Below are positions 41,522-51,543 of a stretch of DNA of 64,000 bases, in pieces (the stretch's first letter is position 1; the number at the start of each line of letters is the position of its first letter). A program made the position numbers and the translations under genes. The DNA lies in the NCBI GenBank assembly GCA_963729605.1, contig CAVSNY010000007.1, positions 32,001 to 96,000 on the forward strand. The letters run 5' to 3'. Origin of the DNA: an uncultured Gammaproteobacteria bacterium (GTDB lineage Bacteria > Pseudomonadota > Gammaproteobacteria > DRLM01). The notes under the pieces were generated by a model. It saw only the letters and a program-made list of their open reading frames with translations, searched no databases and was not told the DNA's origin.

Positions 41522-43141
41522 CTACACTTTATCACGGCCGGCGCGCGGCGGCCGGTCAGCGGGATGTTTCGCCGACCCGCCATCGGCCCAGGTCAGCCGA
41601 TTGCGGCCGGCCTTTTTGGAGAGATAAAGCATCCGGTCGGCGCGCTCCATGATGCCGGCCATGATCTCGGGCACCCTTTGCAAACTGGCGCGCACCGATT
41701 GCAGGTCATGGGCCTCGCTGCGCCAGGTGACGCCGCCGAACGAGGCGGTGAGCCGCACCTCGGCCCGCTCGTGGGGAAACAGCAGTTTTTCTATGGCGCG
41801 GCGCGCCCGCTCGGCGGCGATGCGCCCGCCGTCGGCATCGGTCTCCGGCAGCAGCAGACACATCTCTTCACCGCCGATCCGCGCCCCGACATCGGCGCTG
41901 CGCAACGTAGTCTTCAACACGCCGCTCACCGATTGCAGCACCGCGTCCCCGAACGGATGGCCGTAGCCGTCGTTGATTTTCTTGAAGTGATCGAGATCCA
42001 CCATCACCAGCGACAAAGGCCTGCCGGAACGGCTGTGGCGGCCGATCTCGGCGCCGAACAGTTCGTCGAAACGGCGCCGATTGACCAAGGTGGTGAGCGG
42101 ATCGTAATAAGCCAATTGCGCCAGACGCTCGTAGGCCAGTTGCAATTCTTCCGCCAGCCGCTCCCGTTCGGCGAGGGCATGCTCCAACCGCGGCGCACGA
42201 TCTTGCGCGTGCTCGGCGGTTTCGATCAACTCGCGGTTGGCGCGCCCGAGGATGTCATCGAAAGAGGGTTGCGGGCCGAGGCTTAAATTGAGGACGCCGG
42301 CCGCTTCCTGGACATAGGCGGGCACGGCGGCGAACAACTGGTCGGCGGTGGCGGCGTTGAAACCGAAATAATCGCCCAGCAGTTTCCGGCAACGGACCAG
42401 GGCCAGCCGTTTGTCGGTCGCGGCGAAGACCGCGGCTATCCAATCGGCGCAGGTGATGATGCGGGTGATGTTCAATTGCGCCAGAGGAGCCGCGTCGTGA
42501 AAATCGCCGTGGTGATTGGCGAGGGGAAAGGCCAAGTCGTCAGGCAGCGTCCAACTCTTGCACAACAAGGTCGCCACCTGGTCGTGGGTGGTGCCGAAAC
42601 GGGCCTGTTCCTCGCGATAACGCTCGTCGGGATTCAAGCCGCGCAGCCGTTCCCAGTCGGCCGCCTGTTCGGGAAACGTTAAAAACAGGCTGAGCAAACC
42701 GATGTCCTGCAACATGCCCACCGTGAAGGCCTCGTCCATGTCCACGCCGGTCATTTCCGCCAGCAGGCGCGCGCCGACGGCGCGATGCAACACCGTTTCC
42801 CAATAACTCAAGGCATCGAAACCGGGCAGACCGCCGATACGCAGGCTTTCCCGCGCGGAAAATCCCAGCACGAAATTCCGCAACGAGCGGTTGCCCATCA
42901 CCACCACCGCCTGCGCCACCGAATTCACCTCGCGGCCGATACCGAAAAACGGCGAATTGACCACCCGCAACAATTCCGCCACCAGCGCGGTGTCACTGCT
43001 GATGATGTCCGTCAACTGGCGGCTGGTGATGCTGGAATCGGCGACGGCGTGCATGACGCGGATCGCGACTTCGGGCGGCGACGGCAGATCGCCGGGCGTG
43101 ATGCGGCCGAGCTTGGTGAATAGGACCGCCGTATCATTCAT
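41522..43141 (-). CDS. HDOD-GGDEF diguanylate cyclase (paralog 1)
   Basis: LLRVVNSPFFG, GMLQDIG; DPLT, DLDHFKKINDGYGH, RSAD I-site, GGEEM. Confidence 0.92.
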   Translation of the reverse strand: MNDTAVLFTKLGRITPGDLPSPPEVAIRVMHAVADSSITSRQLTDIISSDTALVAELLRVVNSPFFGIGREVNSVAQAVVVMGNRSLRNFVLGFSARESLRIGGLPGFDALSYWETVLHRAVGARLLAEMTGVDMDEAFTVGMLQDIGLLSLFLTFPEQAADWERLRGLNPDERYREEQARFGTTHDQVATLLCKSWTLPDDLAFPLANHHGDFHDAAPLAQLNITRIITCADWIAAVFAATDKRLALVRCRKLLGDYFGFNAATADQLFAAVPAYVQEAAGVLNLSLGPQPSFDDILGRANRELIETAEHAQDRAPRLEHALAERERLAEELQLAYERLAQLAYYDPLTTLVNRRRFDELFGAEIGRHSRSGRPLSLVMVDLDHFKKINDGYGHPFGDAVLQSVSGVLKTTLRSADVGARIGGEEMCLLLPETDADGGRIAAERARRAIEKLLFPHERAEVRLTASFGGVTWRSEAHDLQSVRASLQRVPEIMAGIMERADRMLYLSKKAGRNRLTWADGGSAKHPADRPPRAGRDKV

Positions 43142-43226
43142 GGAATCATTCCTCGTCCGTTATTTCTCCGTTGCCGTTGCCATCAGACCAGTGCGTCACC
43201 CTACGCCGCCCGCACGCCTCTTTCAC

Positions 43227-44759
43227 TCACTTGAGCTGCATCCAGTTGACCTGATTGCGCCCGTTGTTCTTGGAATAATAAAGCGCCTTGTCGGCCGTAT
43301 CGATGAGGGTGTCGTGGATGGCTTCCAGATTGATCTCCCGGTTGCCGTTGCCGGACCAGCTTCCGCCGCCGATCGAGACGCTGACCCGCACCGCGGTCAG
43401 CCCGCCGCCGAAGCGCAAGCCGGCGATCGTGTCGCGCAGACGCGCGGCCGCGATCTTGCCACCTTCGACATCGGTATCGGGCAACAATACACAGAGCTCA
43501 TCGCCGCCGATACGCGCCGCCACGTCGGAAATGCGCAAAGCGCGTTTCACCGCCTGCGCCACCGTCCGCAACACGTCATCGCCCAATAAATGGCCATAGG
43601 TGTCGTTGATCTGCTTGAAACCGTCCAAATCCACCATCAGCACCGACAAGATCTGCCTCGAACGGTTATGACGGGCGATCTCGGTTATAAAAATTTCATC
43701 GAAACGCCGGCGGTTCACCAAGGATGTAAGCGGATCGAAATAAGCAAGCTGGGCGAGACGCTCGAAGGCGGTCTGCAATTCTTCGGCGAGCCGTTCGCGC
43801 TCCAGCAGGGCCGTTTCCAGGTTTTGCAGCGGCGCTTCCCCGCGGTGATGCTCCTCGAGCATCGAGCGGTTGGCGTTGGCCAGCAGCTCTTCAAACGGCG
43901 GTTGCGGCGTTACCTGCAAACCCAAAGCGGCGGCGGCCTCGTTCATCGCCGCCGGGATCCGGGCCAGCAGCGCGCCGCCGGCATGCTGGTCGAGATTGAA
44001 ACACTCGGCCAGAAAATGCCGGCAACGGGCCAGGGCCAGCCGCTTGTCGGCGGCGGTATACACCGCGGTCATCCAATCCACGCAGGCGGTGAGCTGACAA
44101 AGTTTTTTGATGTAAGGCGGAAAATCCTCGAGGAGTTGATCATGGCGATGGACCAAGGGCAACGACAACTCATCCGGCAATCGCCAGCGTTCCGCCAACA
44201 TCTTGCCCACCCGCAGATGGGTCACGCCGAACAATTCCATCTCGCGGCGGCGGCGCTGATCCGGCGCGGCGCGGCGCAACTCGGGCCAGGCCGGCGCGAT
44301 CTCGGGATAGGCGGTCAACAGCGCGAGCAAACCCACGTCTTGCAGCATGCCCAAGGTGAAGGCGTCGTCGCGGTCGACGCCCACCGCCTCGGCCAACAAC
44401 CGGGCCGCCACCGCGCGGCGCAAGGTATCTTCCCAATAAACGCGGGCATCGAACTGGGCGATGGACTGCGCCCGCAAGGTCTCGCGCGCGATGAAGACCA
44501 GGGCCATATTGCGCAGCAAACGCTGCCCCAGCACCAGGACCACCTGCTCCATTTTGGTGGCGGGCCGGCGCAGACCGAAAAACGGCGCGTTGACGATGCG
44601 CAGTAATTCCAGGCTGAGCGCGGTATCGGTGCCGAGTATCTCTTGCAAATCCTTATTGGTCACCTCCGGATCGCCGCAGGCGCGGACGATGCGCAGGGCG
44701 GCTTCGGGGGCGGAGGGTAAATCCTGGGGCATGAGCGTGCCGAGCTTGGTCGTTATCAT
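43227..44759 (-). CDS. HDOD-GGDEF diguanylate cyclase (paralog 2)
   Basis: LLRIVNAPFFG, GMLQDVG; DPLT, DLDGFKQINDTYGH, RISD I-site, GGDEL; start uncertain. Confidence 0.92.
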   Translation of the reverse strand: MITTKLGTLMPQDLPSAPEAALRIVRACGDPEVTNKDLQEILGTDTALSLELLRIVNAPFFGLRRPATKMEQVVLVLGQRLLRNMALVFIARETLRAQSIAQFDARVYWEDTLRRAVAARLLAEAVGVDRDDAFTLGMLQDVGLLALLTAYPEIAPAWPELRRAAPDQRRRREMELFGVTHLRVGKMLAERWRLPDELSLPLVHRHDQLLEDFPPYIKKLCQLTACVDWMTAVYTAADKRLALARCRHFLAECFNLDQHAGGALLARIPAAMNEAAAALGLQVTPQPPFEELLANANRSMLEEHHRGEAPLQNLETALLERERLAEELQTAFERLAQLAYFDPLTSLVNRRRFDEIFITEIARHNRSRQILSVLMVDLDGFKQINDTYGHLLGDDVLRTVAQAVKRALRISDVAARIGGDELCVLLPDTDVEGGKIAAARLRDTIAGLRFGGGLTAVRVSVSIGGGSWSGNGNREINLEAIHDTLIDTADKALYYSKNNGRNQVNWMQLK

Positions 44760-45160
44760 AGGTATAGTGGCCATGGTCGTTGTCGACGCGGCGGACACCT
44801 GCGCAAAATTCCGCATGGGCCGATCGCGATCATTTTTATTGATGCGGCATGAAGCCGTTTAAAGCCGCATCCCCCTCGCTCCATCTCTCGCAAAGAGAGG
44901 CGGGCAAGCAGATCGGCCGGCGAAGTCAAATTTCATCCGGCCGAAGTACTACTTGAGAAGGGATAAATACGCCGCGTTGTTAACGGCCGATTCACGGCAA
45001 ACTTAAGATTCCGTTGCGTGATATCGGGCTTGCGACTATCCATTTCACTCATCCCCCGCCGCATAATACGGGAGACCCACTCACCGTACGGCTTGCGTCA
45101 GGTGGGCGACGCTTTTTACTAAATTACCGCGCTTGAGCACGCCATCGGCGCTACCGCGTT

Positions 45161-45318
45161 TTAAGGAACCTCTGATTTATTCAGAGGTTCCCGCGGCACA
45201 CGGAGGTGCCGCCATTTTCAATGGTGTCAGCCATTGAAAATGAAGGGCAGCGAAAATCACCTTTTCGCTTTCCCGTGCTCTGAAAATTCCAGGATGGAAT
45301 TATTCAGAGCCTCCTTAA
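45161..45318. mobile_element. ~150-bp MITE with IS5-like terminal inverted repeats and TTAA flanks
   Basis: TTAA-GGAACCTCTGATTTATTC...GAATTATTCAGAGCCTCC-TTAA; no ORF; homologous copy at 55167. Confidence 0.8.
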
Positions 45319-45327
45319 TTTATCAAC

Positions 45328-47214
45328 TCAGGCGGACTTACGGCCCGCGCGTTTTTTCAAATGCACCAGCAACAAGGAGATCGCGGCGGGCGTGATGCCG
45401 GGGATGCGCGCCGCTTGCCCGAGGGTGACGGGGCGGATGCGCGCCAATTTTTCCCCGACCTCCGCCGACAGGCCGCGCACCTGGCCGTAATCGAAATTTG
45501 GCGGCAGCGGACTTTCCTCGTGGCGGCGCTGGCGTTCGATCTCGTCGTGTTGACGATCGATGTAACCGGCGTATTGCGCCTGGATCTCGACTTGCTCGGC
45601 GACCTTGCCATCCGCCACGCCGGGACCGACGCCGGGCAGGCTCATCAGACTCGCGTAATTCACGTCGGGGCGCCGCAGCAAATCCATGGCGCGCGCCTCG
45701 CGGTTCAAGGGTCCGCCCAGTACGCGTTGCGCATCGTCGTCACTCAGTTGGCCGACGCGTACCCAGGTATCGCGCAGACGCTGCTGCTCCTGCGCAATGG
45801 CCTCGCGTTTTTGCTCGAAGGCGGCCCAGCGCGCGTCGTCCACCAGACCGAGTTCGCGGCCACGCGCGGTGAGGCGCAAATCGGCGTTGTCCTCGCGCAG
45901 CAGCAAACGGTATTCGGCGCGGCTGGTGAACATGCGATAGGGTTCTTGCGTACCACGAGTAATCAAGTCGTCGACCAGCACGCCCATGTAGGCCTCGTCG
46001 CGGCGCGGACACCACGCCTCTTTGCCTTGCACTTGCAGCGCGGCGTTCATGCCGGCGATCAAGCCCTGCGCGGCGGCCTCTTCGTAACCGGTGGTGCCGT
46101 TGATCTGGCCGGCGAAGAACAGACCGCCGATGTGTTTGGTTTCGAGCGAGGGCTTAAGATCGCGCGGATCGAAGTAGTCGTATTCGATGGCGTAGCCCGG
46201 CCGGGTGATGTGGGCGTTTTCGAAGCCGCGGATCGAGCGCACCAGCGCGTACTGCACGTCGAAGGGCAGCGACGTCGAAATGCCGTTGGGATAGATCTCG
46301 TGCGTCGTCAAACCTTCCGGTTCGACGAAGATCTGATGCGTGTCTTTATCGGCGAAGCGCACCACCTTGTCTTCGATCGACGGGCAGTAACGCGGGCCCA
46401 CGCCTTCGATCACGCCCGAATACATCGGCGAGCGGTCGAGGCCGCCGCGGATGATCTCATGCGTCCGTTCGTTGGTGTGGGTTATGAAACACGACACCTG
46501 CCGCGGGTGCTCGGCCGCACTGCCGAGATAGGAGAACACCGGCACCGGCGTGTCGCCGGGCTGTTCGCTGAGCTGGCTGTAATCGATGCTGCGGCCGTCG
46601 ATGCGTGGCGGCGTGCCGGTCTTCAAGCGGCCGACGCGCAGCGGCAATTCGCGGAGACGCGCGGCCAGTGCGTTGGCGGGCGGGTCGCCGGCGCGGCCGC
46701 CCTGGTAATTGGCGAGGCCGATGTGGATGCGGCCGGCGAGGAAGGTGCCGACGGTGAGCACCACCGTGCGGGCGTGGAAGCGCAGGCCCATCTGGGTGAC
46801 GACGCCGGTGACGCGGTCCCCCTCGACCAGCACGTCGTCGACGCCTTGCTGGAACAGTTGCAGATTGGGCTGGTTCTCCAGCACGGCGCGGATCGCCTGC
46901 TTGTACAGCGCGCGGTCGGCCTGGGCGCGGGTGGCGCGCACCGCCGGGCCCTTGGCGCCGTTGAGGATGCGGAACTGGATGCCGGCGCGGTCGGCGGCCT
47001 GCGCCATCGCGCCGCCGAGGGCGTCGATTTCTTTCACCAAATGGCCCTTGCCGATGCCGCCGATCGCCGGGTTGCAGCTCATCTGGCCGAGGGTCTCGAT
47101 GCTCTGGGTGAGCAGCAGGGTGCGCATCCCCATGCGCGCGGCGGCGAGCGCCGCCTCGGTGCCGGCGTGGCCGCCGCCGATCACGATCACGTCGAAGGTC
47201 TGCTGATGCTGCAT
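45328..47214 (-). CDS. mnmG: tRNA uridine 5-carboxymethylaminomethyl modification enzyme MnmG/GidA
   Basis: [48 protein letters not shown]. Confidence 0.98.
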   Translation of the reverse strand: MQHQQTFDVIVIGGGHAGTEAALAAARMGMRTLLLTQSIETLGQMSCNPAIGGIGKGHLVKEIDALGGAMAQAADRAGIQFRILNGAKGPAVRATRAQADRALYKQAIRAVLENQPNLQLFQQGVDDVLVEGDRVTGVVTQMGLRFHARTVVLTVGTFLAGRIHIGLANYQGGRAGDPPANALAARLRELPLRVGRLKTGTPPRIDGRSIDYSQLSEQPGDTPVPVFSYLGSAAEHPRQVSCFITHTNERTHEIIRGGLDRSPMYSGVIEGVGPRYCPSIEDKVVRFADKDTHQIFVEPEGLTTHEIYPNGISTSLPFDVQYALVRSIRGFENAHITRPGYAIEYDYFDPRDLKPSLETKHIGGLFFAGQINGTTGYEEAAAQGLIAGMNAALQVQGKEAWCPRRDEAYMGVLVDDLITRGTQEPYRMFTSRAEYRLLLREDNADLRLTARGRELGLVDDARWAAFEQKREAIAQEQQRLRDTWVRVGQLSDDDAQRVLGGPLNREARAMDLLRRPDVNYASLMSLPGVGPGVADGKVAEQVEIQAQYAGYIDRQHDEIERQRRHEESPLPPNFDYGQVRGLSAEVGEKLARIRPVTLGQAARIPGITPAAISLLLVHLKKRAGRKSA

Positions 47215-47366
47215 TGATTCACCCCGCGCAGCGCGCGTCAAACAAGTCGGCCGAATTATATAACCGCGCATTCTATCCCCTTTTAAGGGCTAGTCCAACG
47301 GCGGAAGAGGGGATAAAGTTTGAACTCACCGCGCCGCTACCCGCCCTGTGCGCTTTACTCTAGTGA

Positions 47367-48357
47367 ATGACCATCATGACAGCACCGGTTACCAAGCCCA
47401 ATCTTCATCCCGGCCATCTTGACGGCGCGGCCCCCGCCGCGCGCAAGGCCGCTCTCGATCAGGTGATCGCCGCCGCCGGCGGCATCATCCTCGGCAAGGA
47501 ACGGGAGCTGCGGCTGGCGCTGGCCTGCCTCGATTGCTCGCGGTCATTTGCTCATCGAAGATTTGCCCGGCGTGGGCAAGACCACCCTCGCTCATGTGCT
47601 GGCCCGCGCGCTGGGCTTGCAGTTCCGGCGCGTCCAATTCACCAGCGACCTGCTGCCGGCGGATATCCTGGGCGCGTCGGTCTACGACCGCGACAACGGC
47701 GGCTTCACCTTCCATCCCGGCCCCATCTTCGCGCAGCTGGTGTTGGCGGACGAGATCAACCGCGCCACGCCGAAGACCCAAAGCGCCCTGCTGGAGGCCA
47801 TGGAGGAATATCAGGTGACGGTGGAGGGCCGCACCTACACCTTGCCCGAACCCTTCTTCGTGCTGGCCACCCAGAATCCCAGCCATCAGATCGGCACCTT
47901 CGCCTTGCCCGAGTCGCAGCTCGACCGCTTTTTGATGCGGCTGGAACTGGGTTATCCGGACACCCAGGCCGAACGCGCCCTGCTGCAGGGCCGCGACCGC
48001 CGCGAACTGATCGCGAACATGGCGCCGGCCATGACGCCCGCGGCGCTGATCGCCATCCAGCAAAATCTGAGCGGCACCCACGTCAGCGAGGCGATGCTCG
48101 ATTATATCCAGGCCATCTTGCACACCAGCCGCCTCTCGCCGCATTACCGCGAAGGCCTGTCGCCGCGCGCCGGTCTCGGCCTGGTGCGCGCCGCCCAGGC
48201 CTGGGCGGTGTTGGCCGGCCGCGCTTACATCATGCCCGAAGACGTGCAGGCGGTCTTGCCGGCGGTGGTCCGCCACCGTCTACAGCCCGCCGCGGACTTC
48301 AGGGATCACAGCTCCGACGAGTTATACAAACCGCTGGCCGCCGTGCCCATCCCCTGA
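47367..48357 (+). pseudogene. MoxR family AAA+ ATPase with a one-base frameshift near 47531 (true lesion or sequencing error)
   Basis: IILGKERELRLALACL is in one frame and IARGHLLIEDLPGVGKT...DEINRA..KTQSALLEAM...QLDRF is in the next. Confidence 0.85.
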
Positions 48358-48362
48358 CCCAC

Positions 48363-49346
48363 ATGAAATCGGCCATCGCCGCCTTCGGCCGGCAGCTCTG
48401 GACGGGGCTGGGCTTCGACAGATTCTTTCCCCACGCCGTGCCGCGCGGCCGGCAAATTACGCTCGAGCGGCGCCGCATCTACGCCCTGCCCACCCGTTAC
48501 GGTCTCCTGTTCGCGCTGATGTTGTTCGTGATGCTGCTGGGCTCCATCAATTACAACAACAGCCTCGGTTTCATGTTGACCTTTTTGCTGGCGAGCATAG
48601 GGCTGCTGTCGATCTTATATACCTATCGCAACATCGCCCGCCTCACCCTCACCAGCGGCCGGGCGGTGCCGGCCTTCGCCGGCGGCGTGGCGCACTTCGT
48701 GGTGCAGATACGCAACGACGACCGCCTGCCGCGCAGCGCCATCCAGCTCGCCGTCAAACACGGCGAGGCGGCGCTGACCGACTTGGCGGCGCAAGACACC
48801 ACGTCGGTCGAGATCCGCGTGCCGGCGCTCAAACGCGGCCGTCTGGCCCTGGAGCGGATCACCGTCTCGACGGTGTTTCCCCTGGGTCTGGTGCGGGCCT
48901 GGGCCTACGCCCAACTGGACATGCAGTGTCTGGTCTATCCCCAGGCTGGCCCCTACCGGCCCTTGCCGCGCACCCGCCGTCAGGATCAAGGCGAACACCC
49001 CGGCGCCAATCCGGGCCCCGACGATTTTCTCGGTTTCCGCCCGTATCAGGCCGGCGACTCGATACGCCACGTACATTGGAAGGCCCTGGCCCGCGCCCTG
49101 CCCATGCTCACCAAACAATTCACCGCCAGCGAATCGCCCGAGTTGTGGCTGGACTGGTCGGCGCTGCCGCCCCTCGATAGCGAAGCCCGTTTGCGGCAAT
49201 TGTGCCGCTGGGTGCTGGACGCCCATCGCGGCGGACGCGCCTACGGCCTGCGCCTGCCGGGGGTGGAGATCGCGCCCAATCAAGGCGAAGGCCATCAACA
49301 ACGCTGTCTCGAGGCCTTGGCCCTCTACGAGGAACCGCGGCGATGA
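48363..49346 (+). CDS. DUF58 family protein
   Basis: RIYALPTRYG, FPLGL, DFLGFRPYQAGD...HWKA; typical position after MoxR. Confidence 0.9.
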   Translation: MKSAIAAFGRQLWTGLGFDRFFPHAVPRGRQITLERRRIYALPTRYGLLFALMLFVMLLGSINYNNSLGFMLTFLLASIGLLSILYTYRNIARLTLTSGRAVPAFAGGVAHFVVQIRNDDRLPRSAIQLAVKHGEAALTDLAAQDTTSVEIRVPALKRGRLALERITVSTVFPLGLVRAWAYAQLDMQCLVYPQAGPYRPLPRTRRQDQGEHPGANPGPDDFLGFRPYQAGDSIRHVHWKALARALPMLTKQFTASESPELWLDWSALPPLDSEARLRQLCRWVLDAHRGGRAYGLRLPGVEIAPNQGEGHQQRCLEALALYEEPRR

Positions 49347-51319
49347 AGGCGCGCGCGACGACGCCGCTGCGCGATCACACCCTGTTTCAGCTGCTCGCGG
49401 TGCTGGGTTTGGTGGTGCTGCCCCACGCGACTCACCTGCCGTTCTGGCTCACCGGACTGGTGTTCAGTCTCGGCGCGTGGCGTTTCGTCGCGGCGCGGCA
49501 AGGGCTGCGGTTGCCCGCCGCCTGGATACGGGTGCCGCTCACCCTGCTCACCCTCTCCGCGGTATTCGCGCATTACGGCACCTTGCTCGGACGGGATTCC
49601 GGCGCGGCGCTGCTGATCGCCATGCTGGGTTTGAAACTGCTGGAGGTGCGCGAGACCCGCGACGTCTACGTGGTGGCCTTCCTCGGCTATTTTTTAATCA
49701 TCATCCATTTCCTGTTCACTCAATCCATGCCGATGGTGGTGTACATGCTGGTCATCGTGACCTTGCTCACCGCCGTGCTCATCGATCTCAACCGCGACCG
49801 GACTACGCCGTTGCCGGTCAATCTGCGCCTGGCCGGATCGCTGGTGGCCTACGCGCTGCCGCTGACGCTGGTGTTGTTCATTTTGTTTCCGCGCATCAAC
49901 GGCCCCTTGTGGGGCATGCCCAACGACGCCTACAGCGGCCTGACCGGTTTGAGCGAGGAGATGGCGCCGGGGCGGATCAGCCAGCTGAGCCTGTCGGACG
50001 CGGTGGCCTTCCGTGCCAGTTTCGAAAACCAGTTACCCAGTCCACAACAGCGCTATTGGCGCGGTCCGGTGTTCACCCACACCGACGGCGAAGGCTGGCG
50101 CGGCGAACGGCATTGGAACCCGGCCTACTCCGAGCAACCGCCCAGTTACCGTTACTCCGGCGCGCCCTTCCACTATTCGGTGATGGTCGAACCGCACAAC
50201 CGGCCGTGGCTGTTCGCGCTCGACCTCCCCGCCCGCGTGCCGCCGGCCAGCCGGATCACCGGCGACTTTCAATTGCTGGCCGACCAGCCCCTGCGCGAAC
50301 GGCGGCGTTACGACATGATCTCGTATCCCGACTACCGCACCGGACCGTTGAGCGAGGAAGAGCGCCACCTCAATCTGCAACTCCCCGCCGCCGGCAATCC
50401 GCGCGCCCGCGCGCTGGCCGCGGCATGGCGGCGCGACACCCGCTCGCCGGCGGAGATCGTGCAAACGGCCTTGCGCATGTACCGCGAGCAGGACTTCGTC
50501 TACACCCTCTCGCCGCCGCTGGTGCGCGAAGAATTCGTCGACGGTTTTCTCTTTACCACCCGCAAAGGGTTTTGCGAACACTACGCCGGCAGCTTCGCGT
50601 TTTTGATGCGCGCCGCGGGCATCCCGGCGCGGGTGGTCACCGGATATCAGGGCGGCGAACTCAACGATCTCGGCAATTACCTCATCGTGCGGCAACGCGA
50701 CGCCCACGCCTGGACCGAGGTGTGGCTGGAGGGCTTAGGCTGGTCGCGGATCGACCCCACCGCCGCGGTGGCGCCGGAGCGCATCGAGCGCGGCATCGTT
50801 CCCGGCTCGCGGCAAGAAGGGGAAGCGGTGCGCTTCGAATCGGCGCACGGCCAATTGTTCAACCAAATGTGGCGCAATCTCCGCCACGGCTGGGACGCGC
50901 TGAACACGCGCTGGAATCAATGGGTGCTCGGTTTCGACATGCAGCGCCAAACGCAATTGTTGTCCTGGCTGAGCCTGGCCGGTTTTTCCTGGCAGGCGGT
51001 GGCCACCGCCTTGATGACGCTGATCGGCGCCGTGCTGGGCTTGCTGGTGTTGCGGCGGCTCAACGCGGAACGGCGCGGCGACGATCCGGTGGTGCGGCTC
51101 TATCGACACTACTGCGAAAAACTCGCGCGGCGCGGCCTGCCCCGCGCCGCGGACGAAGGCCCCGACGATTACGCGCAACGGATCATTCATGCCCGCCCCG
51201 ATCTGGCGCGCCAAGTCCGCTCCATCAACGCCCTCTATGTCGCAGTGCGCTACGGCGGACACGACCCGCGCATCGCCTTGACCCGCCTGCGCCGCGAGGT
51301 GCGGACCTTCCGGCCGTGA
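49343..51319 (+). CDS. TgpA-like transglutaminase (DUF3488 + TGase + DUF4129)
   Basis: Multi-TM N-terminus; GFCEHYA, GIPARVVTGYQGG, AHAWTEVW, DPT catalytic-triad motifs; ATGA overlap with DUF58. Confidence 0.92.
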   Translation: MKARATTPLRDHTLFQLLAVLGLVVLPHATHLPFWLTGLVFSLGAWRFVAARQGLRLPAAWIRVPLTLLTLSAVFAHYGTLLGRDSGAALLIAMLGLKLLEVRETRDVYVVAFLGYFLIIIHFLFTQSMPMVVYMLVIVTLLTAVLIDLNRDRTTPLPVNLRLAGSLVAYALPLTLVLFILFPRINGPLWGMPNDAYSGLTGLSEEMAPGRISQLSLSDAVAFRASFENQLPSPQQRYWRGPVFTHTDGEGWRGERHWNPAYSEQPPSYRYSGAPFHYSVMVEPHNRPWLFALDLPARVPPASRITGDFQLLADQPLRERRRYDMISYPDYRTGPLSEEERHLNLQLPAAGNPRARALAAAWRRDTRSPAEIVQTALRMYREQDFVYTLSPPLVREEFVDGFLFTTRKGFCEHYAGSFAFLMRAAGIPARVVTGYQGGELNDLGNYLIVRQRDAHAWTEVWLEGLGWSRIDPTAAVAPERIERGIVPGSRQEGEAVRFESAHGQLFNQMWRNLRHGWDALNTRWNQWVLGFDMQRQTQLLSWLSLAGFSWQAVATALMTLIGAVLGLLVLRRLNAERRGDDPVVRLYRHYCEKLARRGLPRAADEGPDDYAQRIIHARPDLARQVRSINALYVAVRYGGHDPRIALTRLRREVRTFRP

Positions 51320-51543
51320 GCGGGATAATTAATTCGCTCATCGCGGGGCGGGGACGCACGGCACCTGTCGTCTTAATAATTGACTTATGAGTAAATTAGC
51401 TATTGCAGTTTGCTCGCCCTGTCGTGTTTAATGAGCCCCGTGCGAAAAATAAAAACCAATCCGCGTCTTTAGAATGAGATGGGGTCGCGCTGAAGCGGAC
51501 CGGCTTGGTAACCGAGATTGCTGATAGTTCGGAACACATAATA

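Noticed and set aside
47215-47366. oriC upstream of mnmG (gidA)
   Set aside because: Only ~150 bp, with two weak DnaA-box-like 9-mers (at least 2 mismatches), no AT-rich unwinding element and no GATC cluster.
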